Part shown: positions 27,755 to 40,379 of the stretch, piece after piece
Numbering within the stretch: the stretch's first letter is position 1
Layout: the number at the start of each line of letters is the position of its first letter
Source of the DNA: Solemya velum
Taxonomy: Eukaryota
DNA: 64,000 nucleotides
Direction: 5' to 3'
Assembly (NCBI GenBank): GCA_048127485.1
Contig: JBHNWI010000380.1
Location: 43,563,036 to 43,627,035 of the forward strand
Position numbers and translations under genes: made by a program
Notes under the pieces: generated by a model
What the model was told of the DNA's origin: nothing
The model's input: only the letters and a program-made list of their open reading frames with translations
Databases searched by the model: none

Positions 27755-27800
27755 AGTTACTTCCCTGATGAGGAGTCGAAACGGTAGGGAGTACTTTGAA
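27755..27800 (+). ncRNA. Hammerhead-like core in the PLE terminal repeat; its mirror copy is on the − strand at 24025-24060
   Basis: The sequence UUCCCUGAUGAGGAGUCGAAACGGUAGGGAGUAC has contiguous CUGAUGA…GAAAC boxes. Helix II is only marginal (GGAGUC), so this is tentative. Confidence 0.3.
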
Positions 27801-27876
27801 ACGATTTGGTGTTTGCGTTTTGATTTTTACCTTGTTTTCAAATATATATATATATATATATAATAAGAAAATAAAT

Positions 27877-27995
27877 TTGGTTGTTGATAGATCAACACTT
27901 TTGATTAGTTTCGTCCTCTTCAGCATTCTTCAGATGAAGAGTGCTGAAGAGTATGAAACTGATCAGTAGTGTTGATCTATCGCCAACCAAACTAA
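27877..27995. repeat. ~115-bp near-perfect palindrome (foldback) immediately 3' of the PLE
   Basis: TTGGTTGTTGATAGATCACACT… is mirrored by …AGTGTTGATCTATCGCCAACCAA, with an inner palindrome TCCTCTTCAGCATTCTTCAG/ATGAAGAGTGCTGAAGAG. Confidence 0.5.
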
Positions 27996-28108
27996 TTTTC
28001 TATTAGCAATGCTCTGGTTCTCCATTGAGCACTTTGTTAACAGTCTCTGCAAAATACATTTTGCAACATACTGTATATACATGTATATACATTGCCTTTA
28101 ATTTTCAG

Positions 28109-28327
28109 GTACTTCGGGTAATGTCGTCCAAATACTGACAAATTGGTTTGAAGTTAAAGTTCGAGATCAGGGAGAAGTATATCAGTACCATGTTGATTAC
28201 TGCCCATCGGTGGATTCCAAGGAGGTCAGGGTTGGCATGTTATTGAAGCATGAGGCTATGCAAGGAAGAACGAATGCCTTTGATGGGATGACACTGTTCA
28301 CACCACAGAAGCTCTCTCAAGAAGTTG
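28109..28327 (+). CDS. PIWI: PIWI exon A (N domain): (G)TSGNVVQILTNWFEVKVRDQGEVYQYHVDYCPSVDSKEVRVGMLLKHEAMQGRTNAFDGMTLFTPQKLSQEV
   Basis: An AATTTTCAG acceptor and a G|GTATTA donor. The exon aligns to the Piwi N-terminal block (GTxGxxVxLxTNxFxL…YQYHVxY…AFDGxxLF). It enters in phase 1, so at least one upstream coding exon exists. Confidence 0.8.
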
Positions 28328-28409
28328 GTATTATTTTAATGTCTGTTAACAGTTAGCAAACTCACTGCAATTGAAAAGAGACTTCAAGTTCACAAACTCG
28401 TCTCAAGTG

Positions 28410-28700
28410 TGACCAGCACCATGGCCTAGCTGCTAGAATGCCCAATCTGTGACTGGGAGGTCAGGAGTACAAACACTGGCTGAGATAAACCAGAAGTCTA
28501 AAAATTGATATTTCTTGTGTCCATTGGCGGGCATCTGATATTAGGGTTAACACAAGGGCTGGTTAACCTGGTGTCTGTATATTGTGACTTTGGAGGATGT
28601 CATGTGGTATGTGATATGGCATTCTGGTGTGACAGCACCTTAAAGAGCAACATGAGTCTGCACTGTCTTGCACTGCAAGTTAATGAGTAGAATGTGTAGG
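28410..28700 (+). mobile_element. tRNA-derived SINE copy (same family as 15655-15905 and 51230-51520)
   Basis: The head is TGGCCTAGCTGCTAGAATGCCCAATCTGTGACTGGGAGGTCAGGAGTACAAAC. The body is homologous to the other copies. Confidence 0.45.
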
Positions 28701-31411
28701 TGTAATATTCATAAATATGAATACATTGAAAAAAATTATACTTGAATACAACTGTAGCTAAAGGAAAAGTCGAACCTAAGTTTTCACTGATTGAAATTAA
28801 CACATACATTTAAAGATGTAGGAATTATTTATGTTTGTCCGTTGATAGAGTTGTTCCAAATAATAGAACCAGGTACAATGGAAATTATATGGGAATCGCA
28901 TGATTGAGGTCGACACATTCATACAGGACAGCCTTGTATATTGACATTTGTTGGGACTCATCATACAGGACAGCCTTCTCATCACATTTCGTGGGTCTTA
29001 TCTAATAAGATCTAGCTATTTGTTACATTGTAGATAACAACTTTATCTTTCCAAAATATATGGACATTAAACAATGGTAATGTTAACAATGAACAATCAA
29101 GAGCAGCTCTACAACTACTTCTCCAATCAATCTTATATTTACTGTAACCTAAAGGCCTATCAAATCTGTTTTGTGATCATTCTATTCCTTATAAGAAAAG
29201 CCCTACTGATTAGCACGACAATGTGATGCATGGTGACCATCAGAATACAGTTCTAACAGAGTAAAAACTTCCATACCAAAATTACTGTCCTTCATAGCTG
29301 AATGATTGCTAAAAAGGGCTCCAATACACATACTACCAAATTGAACTATTGACGGTTCATGAAGATTAAAGTACTATATAGAATTGCATGTGTGGACATT
29401 AGTCTATTTTTCTAAAACATTTTTTGGAATTAAATCTAGCATTATATTTAGAAATATATAGCATGTACATGACGCATGATCATTTTCTGGTTTTCATTAA
29501 TGGTGCTCTGAACTAGAACAGTGGAAAATCAAAAGTCTCATTGACCCTGTTTTAGTAATATACTAGTAAACAAAACAATACAATACACATATTAGTACAG
29601 CAGATGTGCATTTCTATAATTAGAGAACTGGAGAACTGAAGAAAGGAAACTGACACACCTTACTCTCACTTTCATTCATCTCAGGCTCAGGTCTAGTATT
29701 AATTATAAAAATATAAAAAATAAAGGTATGTTTGTTTGAAAAGAAGTTTGCTGCTGTGCAATGTGTCCACTGATATCAACTGATGTAAGTGTTATCATTC
29801 ATAACTCTTGACAGACATCTCCATCATATAGTTCAACATATATATGTAATTGCAGGTTTTTGAAGGAAAAATTTTAAATAAAATTATTCTTTTTTGCATT
29901 TTATTTGTGTAAAGTTTCTTACTAATGCATACTGTTGGCTTATATTCAAAGTAAACTTGGCCTAGGTGCCAGTCATGTTAAGAACTCCATTCAAAATAGC
30001 ATGGCATGATTTTAAATTTTCATTGATTGAAAAATGCCACCGTTACAACCGTATATTATATAAACAATATGGCAACCGGTCAAAAGCAAATGACAAACAT
30101 GTATGTACATCAATAAAATTGTGAGAGAAGATCAAGTCTTATAAATATACCCATGGAATGTGCAGTTATATCGCTAAAGGGGTGCTAGCACATATGACTT
30201 CGGTACCTACAGGCATACACTGCGTTGAAGGGGCATCTTTTTGGGCAGTTTTGGCATAATATGATACAAACTGTAGCATCCTATAAATTCTACCTGGGTA
30301 TGGGGTAATTATTGTAAACTTGAGATTGTAAAATAATAGACAAATTGTGGTCACTTGGGCATGAAACTAGTAAATCCACAAAAGGTTTCAGTTTATGTCC
30401 AGTTGCCCCCAAAATGAAGATGAGGTGAGCTGATTTGTTTTAGAGTCTTGTTTTGCACAATTACAACTATATAAGCCCCTGTCATTGTGAGTAGCAGGGT
30501 GAAGAAACCACTTAAAAGTAGATTGAAAGAATCTAAGACCATCTATGGCCATCGACGTCTTTCTCACAGGCAAGTCCAGGAAGACTCCACCGTTGAAACA
30601 AACTTTGCTTGCAGCAAACTTTGCCAACAACATGGCTGGAACCAACAATGCTGAAATATGAGAGGCACCAAGACTAGACACTGAACTGACAGTGCCTTAT
30701 CCACTTGGCCATGGAAGCACTTCCAAAACGAAGAAAAGTAGTTGTCACACATGCATAATTTACCCACTACCCTGGTATAGTCTTTGTTAAGAAACTATAG
30801 TCTGTATCATATTATAAAATAAGGTTTCCCCCAAGTGCCTCTTTAAACCAGTTAAACCAGTTTCAGTTGATACCCATGCATTTAACAATATAATGAATGT
30901 GAACAATCATATCTTTTATTAGGTCTCCAATTCAGATACCAGAACAAGGAAATGTTAAATTATATTACACATCATTGCCATTGTTAGAAGACAAACCAAA
31001 TATTGTAACAAACTGATTTTAAAATATGAATTTTATCTTATCCATTCTGTAATTATTCCAGGTCTTTATAAGTTATAATGGCTCTCTATTGAGTGAGAGT
31101 GATCAAACTAACATTTTATTATTCATATGTCTGCAAGTAAGGTGATTCGATAACTCACCCAGTCAGGAATGTTTAGGTTTATGTGAAAAGATACCAATGA
31201 AAATAGCCACCCCTTGTGAACATATTTTTCATATCTGATGATATAGCATTTATTCATTGCTTATGCTTGTTATTCTTTTGCAATAACTAAGAAAACAAAT
31301 TAAAAAAATTAGCAAATTGGCATAGCTTTGATTGATCAAATGGGCTTTGGCATGAAAATGTTTAAATATGTTGAAAATAATTAAAAATATAAGCATTTTT
31401 ATAGGTTACAG

Positions 31412-31529
31412 AACTGGTTTGCGAGAGGAACACCGATGGTGCAAGGATACAAATTACTGTCAATCTGGTTGCACAGATAATGCCCAATGATCCCCTGTGT
31501 ATTAGAGTTTGGGGGATAATTTTCAAGCG
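31412..31529 (+). CDS. PIWI: PIWI exon B: ELVCERNTDGARIQITVNLVAQIMPNDPLCIRVWGIIFK
   Basis: A TTACAG acceptor and a GCG|GTGAGA donor, phase 1 in and 2 out. The peptide matches the Piwi N-domain block (…ITVxLxxELPxxSPxCxQxxNIIFRR). Confidence 0.8.
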
Positions 31530-33169
31530 GTGAGATTCATGTTTTTGTGTTTCCTGATTGTTATTAAACCATCACTCCTCAAGCACTGACCAGACTTCAT
31601 AATGTTTCTGGAAACAAAATATATTCTATTATTATTATAGGTTAAAAAACATAAAAAAATTAAGTGTTTTAATTTCTAAGTACTAATATACATTAAAATT
31701 CGTTAGTCTTAAAAAAGATTGAACTATAACCAGTATGGTTTGCAGAGTCACCATCGATTCCAAGTCTATTAGTATTAATAGGTCAGAACTATAGCCTAGC
31801 GGAGAGAGCAGTAGTCTTGAAAATTGCATGCATTTGCACTATAATAGTCACAACAAACCTAAGTTGTAAAAAATTCCTTTCTTGCAGTTACCTGTGAATT
31901 CTTTTTGCCACCTGATTGTCTGACTGGCTGAAGCTCTCTGTTTAATATATATAACTATTACTATGGGAAATTGAGACTTCAGTTGCACATTTCAATGAGA
32001 TGATGCTATAGAGGTCAGTATTGTCTCTGCACTCTCACAAACAGATACCATCTCAATATGATCCAAGTCTATGCAGTGATCCAAGAGACATCAAACCACA
32101 GTACAGCACATCAAAATCTGATTGTTTTGTAGATTTTGCAAGAATCAAGTTGTTACGAGAATCCAGAGAATTTTCTAGGACGATGTAAAAAAGTTTCTTT
32201 ATCTAGGGACATGTGATTTACGAAGCAGGTTCACATGTTATAAAGTAGGTACATGCTACCAAGTTTCAAGCAGTATGGACATAGCCATGTCAGCATGCAT
32301 GTCCTTGCAGTATAAACACAGGGTGATAATTTCCTGTTGGTTAATACAAATTCAATCGCTCAGCACACATCATGGAAGTGACCTACTCCATCATCACCAG
32401 TTACTGTTGCTGATTGTAGAGATACAGAACAGCTAATATATGTAATTGTGACATGAACTTTCTCCAAATCACAAATAAGTTTAATCATTTTCATGTACAT
32501 GTATTTCCATATCTATATTAATATCTATGAAATAACATAGACCTTGTGATATTCATATTCGACCTAGACCTAGTATTTAAGTCATTTCAACACAAGTTTG
32601 TTACTGAAAGATGTTGATCTACCTCTTGGTGATTCCTATCGAAACAGTATATCTGTATGCATCACAATGGAATATATATATTGATATCAATGTCCATCCT
32701 CCCAGTGGTAATGCACCACATTTTCCTGTTAAAAAGGTCCCATTAAAACAAGCATGTTACTGTTGGATCCCAATCAATGTTCAGTTTCTAGCCAAAACAA
32801 TTACTCTGATGAATTCCTGCATGTGAAAAGAAGTTGGTTTAGTGCCAGCCATTGAAAATATACAAACTGGGTGTTATCAGTGAAAGAAATGGGCTGTCAT
32901 TGTCATGGCGTAGTGTAGACATTTGAACATTCAAAAGATTGTAGAATATCACAGAAAAATCACATTGTGTGGGGGTTGCATGTTGTTACGGGATGTCTTA
33001 TCACCAACAGTATTGTAGAGAAAATCGCACCATGGGGCAGTCTTCTGAACTAATTGCTTGGTTAAGTGTTTTAAGAATTTGGGCATTGGCCAATGAGAAC
33101 TTCCAACTCTGTCAGTATTTGGATCTGACATTATAAAGTCAATACTATTTCATACTTGGTAGTATTATT

Positions 33170-34500
33170 ATACCCCACGAAACGAAGTTTCGAAGGGTAT
33201 AATGTTTTTGACGCTTCCGTCCGTCCGTCCGTCAGTCCTGTTTTTGTCAGTGCATTTCCTCTGAAACTACTGAACAGAATTTCCGGAAACTGGTAAGAAC
33301 ACAGTATGCCATTGTACATATTAACGGAAAATTTTGATCCCCTGAATTGGGATTCCCTGAATTTTGTGGGAGTTATGCCCCTTTGAACTCAGTTCACTGA
33401 AATACACTACTGGAGCAACATGTCCTCTCAAAATACTGAATAGAATTTCAGGAAACTTAGTATGTAGTAAGGACAATATGTAGTTAGGGCCCTACCACTT
33501 AGTGGCAACCACTCTATAGTGATCAGTCTGTCTGTATGTCCATCCATCCATCTAACAAATCATGTCCAGGCTGTAACTTTTTTGTTCTTTCATATAAGTT
33601 TTTGATATTTGGCATGTAGGTAGATCACATCTAAACGATGTTGCATTGCTGATTCGTGACCTTTGACCTTGAACTTTGACCTCAAGGTCAAATCATCGCC
33701 TTTTTAATGGAACAATCCATGTTCCAGCTGTGTTTTAATATTTAGGTTCTTGATATTTTGCATGTGAGTGTTGGAATGCCCTATAGTGACCAGTTTGTCT
33801 GTCTGTGCATCTGTTCGTTCGTCCTTGAATAGTGTCCGAGCTGTAACTTTTTTGTCCTCTGCGATAAGCTTTTGATATTTGACATGTAGGTAGACCACCG
33901 AAGACGATGTGTCGCGTTCCATAGTTTGTGATCTTTGACCTTGTACTTTGACCTCAAGATCAAATTATTGCTCATTTATGTGTTCGGGCTGTAACTTCTT
34001 TGTCCTTTGACACAAGCTTTTGATTTTTGGCATGTAGGTAGATCACATCAAGACGATGTGTCACGCTTCATGGTTTTTAGGCTTTGACTTTGAACTTTGA
34101 CTTCAAGGTCAAATTATTGCTTATTTAATGGAACAAATTGTGTCCCGGCTGTGTTTTGTTGTTTAGATTCTTGATACTTTGCATGTGAGTGATGGACCGC
34201 TCTATAGTGATCAGTCTGTCTGTCTGTGCATCCGTCTGTCCGTTTTTAGCGAATCGTGCCCGGACTGTAACTTTTTTGTCATTTGCTATAAGCTTTTGAT
34301 ATTTAATGTAGGTAGACCACCTCAAGACGATGTGTCGGGTTCGTAACCTTCGACCTTGAACTTTGATCTCAAGGTCAAGTAGTTGTCTATTTAATGAAAC
34401 AATTCATGTCACGGCTGTGTTTTAATGTTTAGATTCTTGATATTTTGCATGTGAGTGATGGAAGCCACATAGTGACATCTGTGTGGGTATGTCAATCACA
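33170..34500. repeat. Complex satellite-like tandem array (~135/270-bp unit variants, ~5 copies) containing repeated TGACCTCAAGGTCA palindromes
   Basis: Recurring blocks …GGCTGTAACTTTTTTGT…AAGCTTTTGATATTTGGCATGTAGGTAGATCACATC…GACCTTGAACTTTGACCTCAAGGTCAAAT…TTGCATGTGAGTG…CTATAGTGATCAGTCTGTCTGT lie at ~33570, 33840, 33975 and 34263. Confidence 0.8.
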
Positions 34501-34906
34501 TTTCAGCCAGGCTTGATTGATGGGGAGTGTGTCAAAGAAACAACCCAACCAGAGAGAAAAAAAACAACTTAACTGGAGAGAAAAATACAGCCCAAGTTGG
34601 CTTTATTGTTTTTTATTTTGCATTATCAATTGATGACAATCTCCAATCTTAAACCTGCTCCTCCATCAATGTGGGGGCGTGGGGTATGTGAGCGTGCTCA
34701 CTTAGTTCTTTAATTTTTTATGTGAATCTACTAGGATTTTCACAGATGCAAATACAGGAGAACTTCTGTCCAAATGGATTCTCTTGATTCTACTTGAAAT
34801 TCAGACCCATAGTATATTAATATAATTTTGAATTGCATAGTTTTTACATAATCCAATAATAGTTGACTAAATGAACTGGAAACTAACAAAATGAATCTGT
34901 TTGTAG

Positions 34907-34957
34907 GATTTTGCAGAAAATAAATGTGAATGAAACCATTGATGTTCCTAAACATGG
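34907..34957 (+). CDS. PIWI: PIWI exon C (micro-exon): RILQKINVNETIDVPKH
   Basis: A TTGTAG acceptor and a GG|GTAAGT donor. Entering and leaving in phase 2 keeps the frame. It corresponds to the Piwi …RRLLKxxxLxQIGRNYYNPxxPIDIPxH segment, but similarity is weak. Confidence 0.6.
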
Positions 34958-36089
34958 GTAAGTTTGTTGAGCATATAGATTTTGTTGAGTATTGATATAT
35001 TCATTTTCTGTTTTACTATTTTATAGTTAGTGTAATAATGCTACCCAGTAGTAAGGAGAAGCCCAGTATTAGCACTTGAAAAAGGCGTCTGTGTAGCCGA
35101 ATCATCGTGCGTATAAACACATCTTTGATTTATAATAGTGTCTTGAAGGCAGTTTTATCATGTTGATTGTATCAGTAGTAAGAAAATTATTTAGTGATCA
35201 TTCCGAACTCTAAAGCAACAACTGAAAAAATATGTTATAATAAATATTCTATATTTTCATAATCTAAAAACACAATTGGGGTTGCATTGATTGTGGTTTC
35301 GAGGCCTCTCCCCACACATCTATGACAACAGAGTCATAATCTTACCTCAACTGAAGTCTAATTTATCATGGGCAGATTAAGCATGTTTAGAGGAAATCAG
35401 GGCACTCGCCCTAGTTTTGGAGTCAACCTGTTTAGCTCAGTCAGGAGTAATGGTAGTGTTGCAATGTTGATTTCAACTGTATCTTATGGGTTCTATTTTA
35501 CTATTCGAAATTTCAAATTGCAACTTTTTCATCTGTAGAAATCTAGCACTTCGGTTCTGTTGATTCCTCAAGACTCTCTACATATTTCGATGCCCTGGGG
35601 TGAGAATTGGGGTTAAATGCTGGGCGTTAGGATATCAATGAAGGTTTAATTGGGGGCAATACACTTTAAAACCACTAAACTCAATCAAGATTGATTTACA
35701 GCAGACTTGTCCAACAAGTTATGTTTGGTTAAGTATGGGTATCTATGATGGCGGGAATAGATTGAGTGATCTTGATCATTTTAGCAGCACTCTAGTTTGA
35801 CCTGTAAAGAACCAATTTGGAGGTGGGGCTTCCAAAATGAGGATTCAGGATCATGCAGAAGGTGGCCTAATATATAAGGTTTTTGTCATATGGTTTCTGT
35901 TCCCATACTTTCCATGTTTATTTTTAGCCCAACTGAAACAAATAATCTGTTTTCTCTTATTTTGTTTGTCATTGTACTGACTTGGCCAAAATAACATGCA
36001 TGGTATTATACAAGCCTATAAAACAAACCAATTCCAACATTCCTATATAAAGCCTCTCTCATCTTCATATAGAGCCTCTCATCGGGCAG

Positions 36090-36340
36090 TTCACATCTGT
36101 GCGGGGTCCTCTGTGGCCGAGGGAATAAGTTGCTGCTCTCAGCGTCTAATTCTGGTGCTTCTCACATCTCAGTGTTCCGGGTTCGAGCCCCATTGGTGGC
36201 AAATTTTGTTTCAACAGCAGAGTCGTCCTGGGCTTGCTTGTGAGAAAGTTGTTTGTGGCTTGTGGATGGTTGCGGGTTCTTCCCGGCTACTTCTAGACAG
36301 TTTCTTCTCCTTGCTACTTGCACCGACATAGCCATAATTA
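36090..36340 (+). mobile_element. tRNA-derived SINE (GGGGTCCTCTGTGGCCGAGGG…TTCCGGGTTCGAGCCCCATTGGTGGCA)
   Basis: A- and B-box-like segments are followed by a unique body. It lies within a PIWI intron. Confidence 0.5.
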
Positions 36341-36591
36341 TGCTGAACAAGCCTCTAAAACAAATCATCTCCCTCACTCATCTCAACTAATCAGGACTAT
36401 TTCAAGAGTTTGTCATGAATTTTTTGCACATTCATCAATCCTGGTATAAAATCAGTCTTTTCTTTAAATCCAATGAAATATTTAGTAATTGAACTTATTT
36501 TAATTCAAGAAAAAACATTTTGTACTTGGGTTATGAAATTTTGTAGGTCACGAATTTAACTAACCAAAATATAATGGGTTTTTTTTTGCAG

Positions 36592-36786
36592 GTTGCAGGT
36601 GTTGCCCAGCTTTGTGACATCCTTGTTGCTATCAGAAACTCTTCTGTTGAATGTGGATTTGTGCCACAGAATAATCTCAACGAAATCGGTTTTGGACATC
36701 ATGTACCAAATTTATGAGGAACAGAAATTGGATCAGTTTCATGACAAATGTCTGCAAGAACTAATTGGGACCATCATCATAACAAG
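36592..36786 (+). CDS. PIWI: PIWI exon D: GLQVLPSFVTSLLLSETLLLNVDLCHRIISTKSVLDIMYQIYEEQKLDQFHDKCLQELIGTIIIT
   Basis: A TTTTTTTTGCAG acceptor and an ACAAG|GTATGA donor. It matches the Piwi linker-1 region (WPGFxTSILQYExxIMLCxDVSHKVLRxETVLDFM…ELIGLVVLTKY). Confidence 0.85.
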
Positions 36787-37959
36787 GTATGAATGAAAGG
36801 AGGAAAATAGATTTTCAGTGAAGGAAAAATACTATAAGGGATTCATATTGAATTTTAATCTTAATACCTGTCTATCTAGTTTTGGCCCTACACTTTTTCT
36901 CGTGTTCAAAGTGGGCATAGTTGGAGACATAAAAAAGGCTTTCTTCAGATGGCTTGTACAAGGTCCAAAACATTCAATATTTCTCCAAACGATAACTGCT
37001 CTTCCACTGGGAAAAGTAGACTTTCAGAAACAAGCATACAAGATCAAGCTCTTCGAATAAGAAAGCAAATTGTGAAAGGTTACATGTTCGATTTATTTAG
37101 AATTTTGATGTTTTCTTGCAAATTTCTCTGTACTACAAAAAGAGATATTTATATAATTATATTAAGCTGCATGTTTTATTGCAGATTCTGATTTGATTTG
37201 TTTGGACATTCTTTCATTAGTCATTTCGGCAATTTTGTTTTGAGGTTGAAGCCTTTAACCAGAAAGAATTTACACCAATTTCGAGTCAGCTTTCAAAAGT
37301 ATGAGAGATACCAGGTAGGCTATGGAGGTTTTGATGTGATTGCTGCAATCACTGTACATATTAGCTGTAATTGTTTATAGTGCCTCCTGTGTTGCTTCAG
37401 TCGATATTGATGGAATGTTGTCTGTCTGTTTGTAATGAACATAAAGATTCTAAATTGCCACATATCCCATTTGGCTGCTGCTGATTGGTTGAAATTTCAG
37501 TAATGTCTGATTGCGTTCAGTTATGGTATATAGGTGTATTGGAGACTGCAGATCCAACCAGGGCATTCCCAATATATAATCTGCCGTTTCTTAAATCCAA
37601 TGGAATATTTAGTAATTGAATTTATTTTAATTCCAGAAGAAACATTTTGTACCTAATTGCTCTGGTTGGTTGAATTTCCAATGTTGTATAATGTTGTCCA
37701 AGGTTCCTAATTGATCAAGATTTTTTTTCAACTTTTTTCTATCTTTCCTGTTACAATGTGACAAGAGAGATTCTTCTAGAAAATGAGCAATGGCTGCATT
37801 GTAAATACAATTTTTATTCCAGCTACCATAAGAGTGGAACATGAAAGTAGGCAATATGAGCATTTTGGAGCTTTTTTTTAGTACATGTAGTAACTTTTTG
37901 GTACACTCAATAAATACAGCAATTGTAAAAATGTTGAGCTTTCTTGCAAGTAAATGCAA

Positions 37960-38350
37960 ATCCTGGGAATATGAGCATTTAGAGGTTTCCTTTTTATGAG
38001 CATTCAGAGCACTCCTGCATGGCCAACCCATGAAAGTGAAAATGGACAATTAAGCTTTTCCTGCCAGTACATGTATTAAATATGGCAAATGTAAGAACAT
38101 GGAGCATTCCATAACAATGCAAGTACACACAAATGCGAGCTTTATGAGTTTTTCTGCAAATACATGCAAATCCAGGAAATATGAGCATTTTGGGCTTTCC
38201 TTTTGTGAGCATTTGGAGCTCTCCTCCCAGTATATGTAGTGAATCTACCAAATGTGAGCATTTAGAGCTTTTCTTTTTGTAAACATTCAGAGCTCTCCTG
38301 CATGGCCAACTTATGAAAGTGAAAATAGATAATTTTAAGCTCTCCTGTCA
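37960..38350. repeat. Tandem duplication of a ~190-bp unit
   Basis: …GCAAATCCTGGGAATATGAGCATTTAGAGGTTTCCTTTTTATGAGCATTCAGAGCACTCCTGCATGGCCAAC… is repeated with ~90% identity. Confidence 0.6.
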
Positions 38351-38509
38351 GTACATATAGTAAAACAGCAAAAACATTGTGTTCTATGCCATGCAGTGCA
38401 ATGGGGTGTTTCCTTGTTGCACTGGTGTTATAGTATGTTTGCCCGTGTCATGAACGATGTTTGCTATTGGCTAATGGTGGTACCAGTGTCGAGTGTGCCT
38501 ACTATTGGC

Positions 38510-38690
38510 AGCACTCCAGACTAGTCTTTGTTCACACTGTCCAGATGGATTGGCCGTCCTTGACACTGTCCAGATAGTGGGATCCTTTGTTGACACTGTC
38601 CGGGAACCGGGAGCTTCTGTTGACACTGTCTTGAAGGTGAGAGTTTTTGTTGACACAGTCTGGATTGCAGGACGTTCTATAGACTAGTAT
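38510..38690. repeat. 30-bp minisatellite (GACACTGTCCAGATAGTGGGATCCTTTGTT-like, ~5 units)
   Basis: Direct reading. Confidence 0.7.
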
Positions 38691-38999
38691 TATCATGCTC
38701 AGGGCACAAAGACCTTTTTCATCACATCTGTGTTCAATGATATAGCACCATTGTTGGGGAGATCCAAATGCTCCTGTGTTCAAGGTGGGTGATAGGGACC
38801 CAGGTCATCACCATTCCCATAAGAATATTAGTTTCCCACCACTCAGTCAGAACCATTCCCTAAAGTTTTGGTCAGTCTTGTCACTTATCACGTGTCATGC
38901 ACAACTCTGTTCAGTTGTTTGCTGAGTAAATGGTAGAGCGACTTGTCTCACTGTGTCCCCTATATTCGGTACCGGGACACAGAGAGACTCACGCACCGC

Positions 39000-39560
39000 C
39001 ATTTTGTGGAATTATTTTTAACATTGGGCTTATGGCGAGCGCAGCCGTATTCTGCGGACCGGTCTGACGGCGAATAAAACACATGTACATATACCTGATT
39101 GTTTTTCTGCTCTCTATTTTACATATATACATCCTTACACAATCATATCTTTAAGTAGAAAGCCATAAATATGTCGATAACTGCATTTTTCTAGCGTTCA
39201 GGGGGGATTCCGTCAAAATAGATGACGTCAGTTTCGAAGGCCTCGTCCAGTTGCATTGTAATTTGTAAACACGGCTGAATGAAAAAAATCGGGGAAGCCC
39301 TTCCCAATGAATAGCGCAAAAGTGTCACGTGACGCAGCTTTAATGTTCAAGCCAATATGGCGGACAGAACCATCGAACCAACAAAACTTTGCTCTTTCAG
39401 TGGGCGGAACACGTTTATTTAGTGAATGACAGTTACTATATCAATGGATACGAGTTCAGTAACAATCACTGAGGTGACGTACGTATGAAACCGTTGTCTG
39501 TTGGAGGTTGTGCTGCCAAAAATCGCGGCGAGGAGACGGCGGGGTGCTGCGACTGAATAA
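39000..39560. promoter_or_regulatory. Intragenic CpG-rich promoter-like island (YY1-like CCGCCATTTTG and AATATGGCGG, CRE TGACGTCA, E-box TCACGTGAC, CCAAT)
   Basis: CpG density is far above the surroundings and the motif content is as listed. A 15-bp-stem hairpin lies at 38935-38980. The island is in the PIWI intron between exons D and E. Confidence 0.3.
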
Positions 39561-40379
39561 TGAAAGCAAATAATAGGTGCATGAGTCTGTCTCGATGTTT
39601 CTGAGAAAACAATCGTGACAGACTGGTCGGTCTAAGTAAATGGATGGTCTTCTATACTTAACTTCTCTTCTCCTTTCAGAGACATCTCGCCTAGAGTTAA
39701 GACCGACTGCAACTGGGTGGTGGTTTTGTTTTATTTATAACCATATGATTATGTGTACATTTCATTGGAGGAAGATCAGACAATCATGTCTTATAGCAAT
39801 TTGTAGTTCCTAATATATGAAATTTTTGGTACCAATCAATGCTCCTCTCCAATTTTTCTTTCATTGGATTGTCTGAGATATGGATGCACATCTGACCATG
39901 TTGCTTACTCCCTTGTCTCGACTATTCACTGCATTGTTGACAAATCTTCAGGCCAATGATCATCAATCCTGTTCTTACCAGTGATGGTTTAACTAGAGCC
40001 AATCATTGCTCTTCTGCAGCGATGTTATGTGTTATCACCTGTTTCGCAACAGTGCTAGTTTTCTGGGTGTTCTGTTCAGTTGGGCATAATCGGTGTGATT
40101 TTGATGCACAGCCACAAGTAACTTCTGCCTCCATGTGCATGATTCATATGTTTTGTCCTGTATGCCAGTTCCTCTTCTCACCCCATTTGGACTGCTGTCT
40201 TCTTGGAGTTGAAACACTTGCACTCTTCTCATGCTTTCATTACTCGCACCTTACCTAGTGTTGCTAATGCACATTTTCATTCTTGTGCCATTCGGCAGAC
40301 CAGGGTTCAATAATATCTCATAGTGATTTCTTCCATGCGTCTTGAAATTACTATTTTTGACAAAGTTTCTTTGAACCCC

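Larger units (their letters stand above)
23942..27860 (+). mobile_element. Penelope-like retroelement (PLE): a 5'-truncated RT–GIY-YIG copy with an inverted partial 3' copy fused at its 5' end
   Basis: Left arm ~23990-25492 is the reverse complement of ~26335-27845. The RT motifs are RPIVAGP, LVTLDVVGLYSNIP, GTAMGTKVAPTYANLVM and YLDDCWFLF. The C-terminal Zn-finger + GIY-YIG EN matches the domain organisation of Penelope/Poseidon-type PLEs. Both outer ends lie in (TA)n. Confidence 0.85.

Noticed and set aside
37627-38251. 140-aa and 85-aa minus-strand ORFs
   Set aside because: They lie in a 190-bp tandem duplication. The ORFs are repeat read-through artefacts.
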